A DNA stretch of 64,000 nucleotides from Chrysomallon squamiferum. Lineage: Eukaryota > Animalia > Mollusca. The notes beneath the pieces were generated by a model that worked only from the letters and a program-made list of their open reading frames with translations, was not told where the DNA came from and searched no databases. The DNA lies in the NCBI GenBank assembly GCA_012295275.1, contig CM022671.1:27466001-27530000 (forward strand), read 5' to 3'. Each line of letters begins with the position of its first letter. Position 1 is the stretch's first letter. Made by a program: the position numbers and the translations under genes. Of this stretch, positions 52,955 to 64,000 are shown in pieces.

Positions 52955-55900
52955 TATTATTATTATTATTATTATCGAATATATAAATTAATATTTTTTA
53001 ATAAAGTTCGTGTTATGACATTTTAGACATCTTTAACAGAATACACACATCTACACAAATAAGAATCAACATCGCTGTCGATGTCATCATCATCACTGTC
53101 ATTATTATCATCGTCGTCATTATCACATCGTCATCATAATCATTATTATTATCATTGTAGTTATTATTATTGTTATTATCATCATTATTATTTTTATTAT
53201 CATTATTATATAATCATCATCATCATCATCATTATTATTTCTATTGTTGTTATTACTAGATCGTTTCAAACATGCATGAATGAAAAGCATGTCAGCTCAT
53301 AACATACATCTATCTCGGTTTTATACACATACGTCATTATTTGAAGAAGTTCTCTACATTAAATCTGACTTAATAAAAACGGTAGTCGGAAACCACGCTG
53401 ATATTGTGGAAGACATCATACAAGATGGTATATAAGAAAATATTGAATTTTTGAAACCTGAGACTTGCTAGATTTCTTGCTGTCATTTGTGGTATTTCAC
53501 AGTGTCAGATGTCTCAGTTTTGATTTATGTTGAGTCACAGATTGTATGAACTTAAGAAGTTGGATCATTTTCTAGCACATAACATAATTATTGATCAGTA
53601 TTCGTGGTACGTATATTTAAGGCATACTTGAGTGTGCATCCTCTTAGATAATGATGATTGTGATGATGGTAATGATGATAATAACAATAACAATGAAAAT
53701 GATGATGATGATGATGATAAGAAGAAGAAGAAAAAGATGAAGAAGAAAGTATATTGTTTAGCTGTTTTGCGATTTTCAGGAATAATTTGATAAATAACAA
53801 TAATAAAAACAAATTTAAAACCTATCACGTTCTTATAGAATAGTTTGAAAAATGACTCCCAATCTGCTATCAGTTTAATCTACTGTTATATATTTCTATC
53901 ACGTGCCATTCTCCTATATTTCTTTGCATTGAGAATTTTGAAAGATATAAAGGATGTGATTTTATTGACTGGGGCAAAAATTATTATACGAGATTATTTT
54001 GCATGATAACAACATTATTGGTAAGAGGCCTCTGTAGAACCGATCAGCGGGTTTCATATTTAACATTTTGTCATCGTACAGTGATTTCATTATAATGTAA
54101 TAATAACTGTTGACGTAATATTCCTCCATTTAGGTGCCATTAGACGAGTTTCGACGCAGTATAACGTCCAGATCGATTGCTAGGTTGATTTATTGATCGT
54201 TTGATTGGTTCGTTTTTACAAGACACAGTAAAACAATTGCGTTAATGTCAGAAAGACAACGCTTTTTTTTCTTCTCTGTTATGGAATATTTTATGTCGAG
54301 TCATTTGGTCTTTATTTCTGCTATCACGTTTTTCCAAAAAGGAAAATATTTTTACACGGTAAATACAGGTTGAAGTAAAATTATATAGCATTAATGTCAT
54401 TTGTAAAGATCGTTAGTGAGCAAATTGTCTGGTATAACCAAAAATATATTAAAAGGATAAATAAAATAAAATAAAGAAAAAAAATGAAAAGTAAAATAAT
54501 GATTTTGATGATGATGATGATAATGATATATAAATAAAAAAAAGATAAAGAAAACCAATTAATTAAATAGTGAAATAATGATGATGATGATAAAAAAAAC
54601 AACTAAATAAAATAAAATAAAATAAAATAATTATCATCCGGAAATGACAGCATAAATTATACATTGAAAAAAAGGAAAAAAGCGTCATCCTATATGTATG
54701 TATATATGTATGTGTGTGTATATATATATATATATATAAACAAACGCATCGACCACAATCATCTGTACATTTTGCCTTTTGACAAACAAAAATTTAATTT
54801 TGTTGTACGTGAACCATGAGATCGCTTGCACTTGACAAAAAGCGAAGCAGGAAAGAAATAATGAAAAATGTTACAAACGTAATATTGATTTCATCTGCTG
54901 TTGTTGGTTAGGTATCAGGACAATGTGAAGACCAAGCCGACATTTATTAATACCATTCTTGCAGTTCTTGCTTTGTACATATGTACATTGGCTGTTTTGT
55001 GTAGCCTCGTTATCAGAAAAACGCTCGTGGTGTAAAAAGGTTTTTGTGTGAGAAATCAAAGTGTGATACCTTTAATACTTTTAGAATTTTTTTTTTTTTT
55101 TTTTTTTTTTTTTTCAACGCCTTTCGAAATGTATTCTGATAAGATTGTTTGTTTTCATTTGAGTTATATTTTTTTTTCGTATTATTTATTTATTTATTAT
55201 TTTTCATTATTATTATTTTTTTTTTTTAAGCTTGTATATTGCAAAAACAAAGAATAATAATAATAAAAAAGAATTAAAAAGATACAACCGTGTCTGTTTT
55301 TATTACATTTATACAACGTTAACATTTCGTGCTGGAAGATCGAAATGAGCAAATTGTTTCTGTTAACCAAAAAGAAGCCACAAATTGAATATCGGAGAGG
55401 ACTGCCACACTAAACCACATACCCAGATTAGAGAAAATTAACAAAACAAAAATGTCATCTTTAATAAACCTGATTCTTCCGTAAACATGAAAAGCGAATC
55501 AATTTGGTGTCCATCTACGATTAATGAACTTCCTTGTTACAACGCCTTTTATGGTCACCGTGGTTCTAATTATAAAAAATAAAACAGTTAACTGAAATCA
55601 GAACCGATACAAAGCCGTTTAATGATTATAATATTACTCTTAACAAATTTTATATGAAATAGTTTCCATGTGACAAATGGTCTCTTTACCAACGCATGTA
55701 ATGAACGGTATAAATGTGTCTTTTGAAAAAAAAAAAAAAAAAAAAAAAAATCTATTACTTGATAATATTTTCATTCAATTTCGCACACAAATGGAAATTT
55801 GATTAAGTAAAACGTCGCAACTTAAACGTAAACGTGTTTGCTGTGAAGTGAAGCTGCTGTTTGGAAAGGTCAGTGTAACAAGTTACAGCACACTGTTTCT

Positions 55901-56709
55901 AAAGAGCAGAAATCTATATTTTTCTCTACATCGGTGTCGCTCGCTCATTTCGTCGTTAGTTTCCGTTGTGTGTAGGACGGCCCGAATTACGAGCTCTTCA
56001 AAGCGTGAAGACGGAAAAAGGCCCGTAAATTCGGTCACAGGATATTGCTTGATGCGTGATGCACTTTTAAACTTTTGTACTCGACGTACCCGCCTACGCA
56101 TGTTCTTTGACAAGTATATATGAATTTCCTCAAAATGTTTGTCAAAAAGAGGTCATTCTTGGTTCCGTTTGCACTTTGATCTAGATATACTTCTCACAGG
56201 CTCTGTTCCTATCTGTCTCTCTCTCTTTCGCTCGCTCGCTCTTTGTATATCTATCTATCTGTCTATCTCGTTCTTTTTCTTTTGGGGTTTTTGAATATGA
56301 GTCCTTTGAGAGAGTGAGTGAGCGAGATCGGAATAATACATTTTATGTATAAAATATAGCTCCTAAATGTAAGGTTAACAGTTTGGTCGAAATTGTGTGT
56401 GTGTGTGTGTATGCGTGTGTGTGTGTGCGTGTGTGTGTGTGTGTGCGTGTGTGGTGATAATAATAAATTCCCTTGTCTCGTATTTAAGTAACAAAGCAAA
56501 GAAGAAACAGAACCAAAACTGAAGAAAAATAAAGAAACAGACTCAAGCTGACAACTTGATAACCGCCGAACTCTCATATTAAATCGTTAATCAGATTAAT
56601 CATTCAAACTTCAAAGGTTCTTGGATAGATTCGAATGACAAGACGGAGTTCATTAAAAAAAAAAAAAAAAAAAAATCTATCGACAAATGTCGTGATGGGG
56701 ATTACTGTT

Positions 56710-56740
<31 letters not shown>

Positions 56741-56854
56741 ATCTTTTAAAATAAAATAAATTTTCCAGCTATGTTGTTGTATTTGTGACCGGATTATGTA
56801 TTTCTGGGATCAAACACATATAATCACATTTTGATCTTCGATATCGATTCGCAC

Positions 56855-56921
56855 GTCGTCACAAACAAAACTTTAAATCGTGACGTTACAAACAAAACTT
56901 AAATACGTGACGTTACAAACG
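56855..56921. repeat. ~26-bp tandem repeat, ~2.5 copies
   Basis: CGTGACGTTACAAACAAAACTTAAATA variants. Confidence 0.7.
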
Positions 56922-57196
56922 TTCACAGAATAAAATAAAAAATGGAAAATTATGGAGGCTAAAAGGCCAAAAATTAAATTTGAATGTATCGGAAGAATTA
57001 ATAAGTGAAATTATATGTGTGATTGTGTGTTTATACATATTATGCATATGTATGTATGTGTGTTTCTATGTAGATAGATAAAGTATGCAAGCCATGTACC
57101 TACAAAGGTTTGAATTTATACCTATTTAAAAAATATGTAAGGAATATTTGCATTTTTTGAGCTGATTCGATAAGTGAACGATTTACCATCATCAAA

Positions 57197-57237
<41 letters not shown>

Positions 57238-58591
57238 TGATACTTTTTTCTTCGCGATTATGGTTCTTAATCGAATTTCATTCTGGCTGTCTGTTTTGTG
57301 TTTTAAGCCTGGTTATGTGATTATTGTTATTACCTGTGTAATAACCGTACATTTCAAGATGTCGCTGATTAGCATTATTTTAAAACAAAAGACTAATGAA
57401 GTTCGATAACAGATTAACCTGTTTCAATGCTCACGATTCTAAATCCTCAGATCTAGCTTCTAATTTCCTTTCTTGGAAAACGCAAAATTAGTAAGAAATT
57501 TCTATAATCTGAAACCTTAAGTCAATAGAAACGATCGTTTCATTGGTCAAATTCATCACGAGTTTAAATTTAGCACAAATCAAAGTCTCTTGTAAAGTTC
57601 TGATCTATAAACAGGTTTTAGTTAAAGCCATGGGAAAAAAAATAACGTAAATAAAATTGATGCACGGAGTAACGTAGAATTGTTTAATATCTTGAACAAG
57701 ATAAAAATAGATTTAGTTCATGTCTTGCACCAGATAACATACATTTGTTGCCGGTAAGATATATTCATTTAATGTTTTGCATCATGAAACGTAGATTTAT
57801 TTAATATCTTTCACGATCTAAAGCTAATTCAGAATTGTTACCTCGATCATGAAATATGAAATTAAGAAGCCAACATCAGCGATATAGTTGTTTTGATGTT
57901 TGTGCAGCTGTTATTGTTCAAATACCACACAGGGTATTAACTTTGCCAGTTGTTATTCAATTCTGAAAGCATTGCCAGCACGTAATTCTTTGATTTTAAA
58001 TCCCCATGGACAAATAAACACTATGACGGCTAATAGTGTATGCCAGCGTTCTGCCAAACCATGACACGAACAGTCACAGTGTCTAAAATGCCTGTATAAT
58101 TTGACACTTAATTTCAGTGCTGGACGCCGTTCAAGGTTATCATTTGCAGTTTACAAATCAAACTTGGCATCGGATTGTATTACAGAATTATGGTTTTCTC
58201 GTCGTGCGTTTGTAGTTCAAGTGATACAGGCGAGGTGCGTTTCTGATAGCAGTGAAGTATTTTACCACATTTCGATGACGTGATGGATACAGAACTGGTG
58301 CAGCAAGTACAAAAATGTCTGGCAGTTTTTCAGATCTAATAATTTCATAATAATCATTTGTAAACGTACATTTGTGCATATGTTTATGTGTGGTTTTGTG
58401 TGCATGTATGTATCTATGTATGTGTGTATATATAAATAAATATATATATATATATATATCGGTACGTATGTATCTGCATAGTCGTATTTACATTTGTATT
58501 TGTGTTTGTCACTCTCTCTCTGTATATGTGTACGTGAGCATATAACTATATCTATCTGTGTGTGTGTGTATGTCTATCTTTCTATCTATAT

Positions 58592-58690
<99 letters not shown>

Positions 58691-59269
58691 CCAGTTAAAG
58701 AAAATTTTAAGAATGTGTAAAAGCTATCCAGATTTCATCATGTACATTATCAACACTGAGACAGTGGTTAATTGTTTTGTAAAGATTATTATACTGAAGT
58801 CGAGTAAAACTATGAGAAAGATAGTATAGATATTCTTGTTACCAGAAAAATAACCCTTTAGCTATTAATTCAAGAGTTTCATGGTAAAAGAAGTGAGACT
58901 CAGATATTAATGGTTACAAATAGTAGTAGTGGTAGTAGATAATAGTAGTTGTAGTAGTAGTAGTGGTGTTTATAGTAGTAGTAGTAGTCATGGTAGTAGT
59001 AGTAGTAACTAGTATAACAGTAGTAGTTGTAACAGTAGAGTAGTAATTATAGTATTAGCAGGCGTTGTAATATTAGTAGTAGTAGTAGTGGTAGTTGTTG
59101 GATTCTAGTCATAATATTTGTAGGTCACATTTGTCTAACCAACCAGAGAGTGTGAAACTGATTTAAGTGAATCTTAGATCTCTTAATGAGTGTTTCACAA
59201 AGACGAAACATCGAAGTCTTTGCATTTGTACGAGTTTATTTGTTAATCGATTATTTTCTTCTGAGATCG

Positions 59270-59970
59270 ACGAGTTTATCAAAGTGAATTAATCTCTGTT
59301 TCACCGTCTACTTTCATGTGATGAGATTTTCAACATCTCTGCTTCTGAGTCATTTTGTCACCAGCTGAAAAGTTGCTTTGATCTTCAGTGAATTAATGTA
59401 GAGATATTTTTTAAACTTATAAATACCTCTATGGTTGTTGTTGTTTTCTCACAAATTAATTGATACCTGTTTTTAGATAAAACTTATTTTCTTTCTTTTT
59501 TTTTTTCAAAAATTTTTTCAACACTTAAATACAACTTTTGAGGAATGTTTATCAACATCTAACGGTTATTTTGATCTTTTTTGCATTTTTTTTCAAATTA
59601 TCTAAATAACTTAGTTTTTGTAAAGCGTGTTTTTAATCGTGAATTAGTGATATCTGTTTTTATGAAAATATTTTCCCCTTTTTCAAAACTCTAAAAAGTA
59701 TATTTGTCAAAACTTGAAATGTTACTTTGATCTTCAATAAATTACATGCACATTTTTTTTTGTTTTTTTTAATAATATTTTTTTTAAAGTGTTCTTTCAT
59801 GAATTAAGTGATATCAGTTTTTAATGGAGTAAAAATTTAAAAAAATGGAATTCTAGAACGAGATATCTCACATTTTGATACTAGCGATATTTTCATTTTT
59901 CGCTTCATATCTTCTTACAAATGACTTGATACAGTTCAAAAGAAACATTTGGATTGATTTGATCTTTTAA
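59270..59970. repeat. Old, highly diverged ~160-185-bp tandem repeat
   Basis: GAATTA..GATATCTGTTTTT-like motif at ~59286, 59455, 59641 and 59801. TTTGATCTT at ~59377, 59570, 59726 and 59958. Confidence 0.5.
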
Positions 59971-62679
59971 ATTATTTTTTTATTTATTATTATTATTATT
60001 ATCATCCTTTTTTTTCTTCTTTTTTTTGACACACGAGAAATGTCATTTTATCGATTAGTTTCGCCTGATTTAATAATTCAACGAAAAGGAAATTCTTAAA
60101 CATCTGTTGATTGATAAAAATATCGTTAGCAGGATTTCACATTACGAAAAAAAACAACAAAAAAAAACAAGAAAAACCCAACAAATGTTGTTTTAATGAT
60201 GTATTAATATAGACAGATATGATTGCACCACATTCAATATCTTTTCACACCTAACATTCTTGTTTTTCCAGTATTAAATTTCTGCTGTCGGTTTGAATCA
60301 AATTTCATGGTTTAATTACGTAGGTGCATCATTCATACGGCCTGTTGGCAGCTGTATCTGATAATGTTTGCAATAATAAAACGCTGGAATTGGATTTATC
60401 CGGAAGAACACTCACATATCATCAGTCACAGTCGCGAAAAAAAAAAAAAAAAAAAAAAAAAAACCTCAATGTTATTTTTCTAAACGGACGAGGTGATTTT
60501 GCTATTAATCTCTACGGATAAAATTGTCATTTTTCTTTTCAGTAAACAGACGTAAATTTATGGCACAATTGACTAAATGTGTTACGATGATATGTCACAG
60601 AAGTGAGGTGTGTCATTCATTCTAGGTCGAAGAAACTGTACAGAATGTGGTCGTCTGCGTATCTTGAACAGTCTGTCTAGTCTGCTTGCATATTCATATA
60701 CACACAGACACGAATACGCTGACGTCTGCACTATGTTTACGGTAAGCGACGCTCCAGAATAATATCAATTAATTACACGTTAGATAAAACCTTTTCACGC
60801 TTAGTAACACATGCTGGTAGCCTTGTAAAACATAATGGTTTTTATTTTTATTTTATTTTTTTTGTTTTTTACGATTTTTTTTTTTTTTTGTGTTGTTGCT
60901 GCTAAAAAAAAAATAGACCATAAATACTATCAGCAATAAAACTGATCTTTTTCTCTTTCTTTCTTTCTTTTTTCTTTTTTAATTTTACTATTAAAATAGG
61001 AAGAACTAATCGATAAAGTAAAATGTTCGAGTCATACATCAAGTGATTATTTTATATATATATAAAGGAAATGAGAGTTGAAAACATCGCCTGCTAATAA
61101 GTACAATCGACTTAATTCAAGTGATCGCAGTTCGGAAGAGTCGGTCATTTGTTAGAGCTAAGGACAAGGATAAGAAATGTCATAGATTCAGTCCTTCTTG
61201 GTACCGTTGTTGCACTGAATCCAGTCTTGCCTTCCTTTGTGTGTGAGTCTGTGTATATATATATATATGTGAATATACATATATATGTGTCTGTGTGTGG
61301 AAATTTGCCATATGTCACATATCATACCATTAATTATTCACCTTGCATTATTCGAGCGTTCATCGTATTACCACATATAATGTGATCCATCCTGCATCGT
61401 ACAGTGCATCATCACCTAACACATGATCAGTCACAGAGAACCAGTCTGACACTGCAACGTCTCGTGGTCCATCGCTTTTCACGTAGCATACAACAACGAC
61501 AGTGACATCAACGCCAAAGTAATGCATTTTCAGCGTTAGCCTAGTTTTTATAGCATTTCAGTGCAGTGCAGTGCACAGCAACTAAAACGTCGACAGTTAC
61601 AATGGCGGTCATTTTCGTGCAAACTAGCCGATAGAAATGTATTATGATCGCTGAATAGTTTTGAAATAGCCTCAGTATATTATTGGTGCGTGTTCTTTTA
61701 TTTATTTATTTTTTTAAATTTATTTTTTTACTAATCTTTCTAGATAATACTCATGCCCTATCATAAAATAGCTGTGTACAGTATAATAGGTACTATATTT
61801 ATGTAGCGTACATATTTTGTAACGTAATCGTTATCTATGTTTTCTGAATATACACATAAAAGGGACAACAAATACTTTGTTTCGATAATAACTGCTACAT
61901 TGCTGACCTGACTTTTAGTCTGCTGATAATCAATAAAATATTAGTGAACAATAACTAATTAAATAAAAATAAAAAAAAACTCGATTTCATCACCAAACAT
62001 CAGAATCGGGAAAGGACCTGCTATCTTTAGAATGTGCATCTCATCCATAAACACACATCAAACATTAATGCTTTGCGTCCATACAGACAAAACACATTAA
62101 TTCTTAAGTATAGTATATACATTATGTTGCATTACATGCGTACGTAAACATAGTGCTTGCGGATAGAACGTACATTGTATGTATACGGGCAAAAAAACAA
62201 CAACACAAAAACCCACAAAAAATACGGTAGCGCTGCAGCTGTAGCTTTTGTATTGTGTATCGTAATTCAATGAAGTAGAAAGATGGAAAGCATAAGTACT
62301 GCATTTGTCTTCTTCATCGTGTTTAATTGTGTTCGGAGTCTGTGATTTTGACCACCTGCTGTTGTTAACAAAAGACAACGAAAGTTGTCCCCAGGCGAGT
62401 ACAATACTGATGTTTTTACTTGTGTCAGTCCGTGCTTGTGTTGACATAATAACTGTGTGGCGAAGTTTGATGCGTAACAACAACAACGGTTTTGAATAGG
62501 ATAGATTGAATGGTTTGCTTTTGGTTAATTTTCGATTTTTTTAAATTATTATTATTTTGTATCGTTTTTTTTTTTTTTTTTTTATTATTATTGTGGATTG
62601 CTTTTACACATCTTTTGTCCTTTTTTCTGTCATTTCTTTCTTTTTGACTGTATTATTATTATTTGGTTGTTGTTATTGC

Positions 62680-62718
<39 letters not shown>

Positions 62719-62863
62719 CATTATTATTATGTTGTTGTTGTTGTTACTATTATTATCATCATCATCATCATCATCATTATTATTATTATTTTCTTGTTGT
62801 TGTTGAATTCTATCAGTAATACAGACCATGAAAATATTATATACTGATGGACTATAAAATGGA

Positions 62864-62900
<37 letters not shown>

Positions 62901-64000
62901 AGAAGAAGAAAAAAACAAAAGTAATTAAAAAAAAAAAAAAAAAAAATACAAAATAAAATAAACAATAGTATTAACATATACAACGTCAGCTTTCAGGTAA
63001 GTGTGACAGAGTTATTATATCAAAGCAGCACAAGTAAACGCTCAATCGTTCTAAAGAAACCATCGAGTCACCATGTCTTCGTCTGCTTATTTCTGCAGTC
63101 ACGTTGTGATCTGAATACAAAAAGACGTAGATTTGCGACTCGGATGTTCAGAGGAGCAAAAGTACCTTAAAAAACTCGAGCAACACAGGGGGTAGGAGGT
63201 ATTCGGAAAAAAAGAAGAAGAAATTTTAACACTTATTTTTATCTGCGTAAAATGTCCGGCATATCAACGCTTCTGCCTTCCATTACCAAGGATACCCCGC
63301 ACAAGCACGTGAAATACAAATGTATTGGTTATCTACAGGAATTCAGCCGGAGATAGGTATCACTGTGAAATAATTTCCCTGAGCAACAACTTCGATTTCC
63401 TTAGAGGCGAAAATGCCTTAAGTTGGAATGCGTCTGAAAATTAATTCAGCCAAATCATTTTTATTATATCAAGTTAAATACTCAATACCGTCTTTAATTT
63501 GATTCTGGAGACTTTGGAATGGAGAGGTATGGTTTGACTAATATGGTTGAACCTCCTGCACCAAGCGTGAAATTGTGAGTTACAGTAATTAGCGTTCTGA
63601 TTATTGTTTTGGAAATGGAATTGTCAAGGACAAGAGGAATTTTCAATCAGAATTATTATTGTCATTGTTATCTGTTATATCAGCATTGTATTCGATGGTA
63701 CTGTACATTTTATCCATTATAAAATGTAAATTATCTGAATTTATGAAAATATTTGATAGAAGTAAAAGATGTCTTTATATTTCTGATTAAAAATTACAAT
63801 AAGTTAAAATATTCAGATAACGTATTTATAACAGTTCAGACACAGAAAATAGGCTCTATTATTGCAAATGCTCATAATATGGGGGAAAAAAAAAATTAAT
63901 TAAATCCTTCAAATACTTTAGAACCCGATATACCTCGAAAAATCATTGTATAAGTTCCCTAATTCTAGTACTGAGGAAATATCGTTTATTTAACCAATTA

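Overview
AT-rich, microsatellite-laden animal genomic DNA with spliceosomal GT-AG introns. It is probably a mollusc or gastropod; that is an inference from a MetaSINE-like relic and the repeat landscape. Three protein-coding genes can be assembled by hand: PIPOX (peroxisomal sarcosine/L-pipecolate oxidase, + strand, 8 coding exons, 384 aa, C-terminal SQL), HIRA (histone H3.3 chaperone, + strand, 27 coding exons, 1003 aa) and a convergent ABHD15-like alpha/beta-hydrolase-fold protein with one coding exon and no catalytic Ser (- strand, 392 aa). The window starts with an internally deleted hAT transposon. The right ~33 kb has no recognisable protein-coding gene: microsatellites, minisatellites, MITE/SINE relics and candidate 5' UTR exons or regulatory islands. 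The most unusual structures are: (i) an inverted ~90%-identical copy of HIRA exon 22 with both splice sites inside intron 17, bracketing an in-frame 582-nt block of exons 18-21; (ii) independent tandem triplications of exon-end/5' splice-site junctions in both PIPOX and HIRA; (iii) a duplicated PIPOX C-terminus plus polyA signal; (iv) PIPOX-ABHD15 linkage that matches human 17q11.2. Most ORFs in the supplied track are microsatellite artefacts. No prokaryote-type system (CRISPR etc.) is present.
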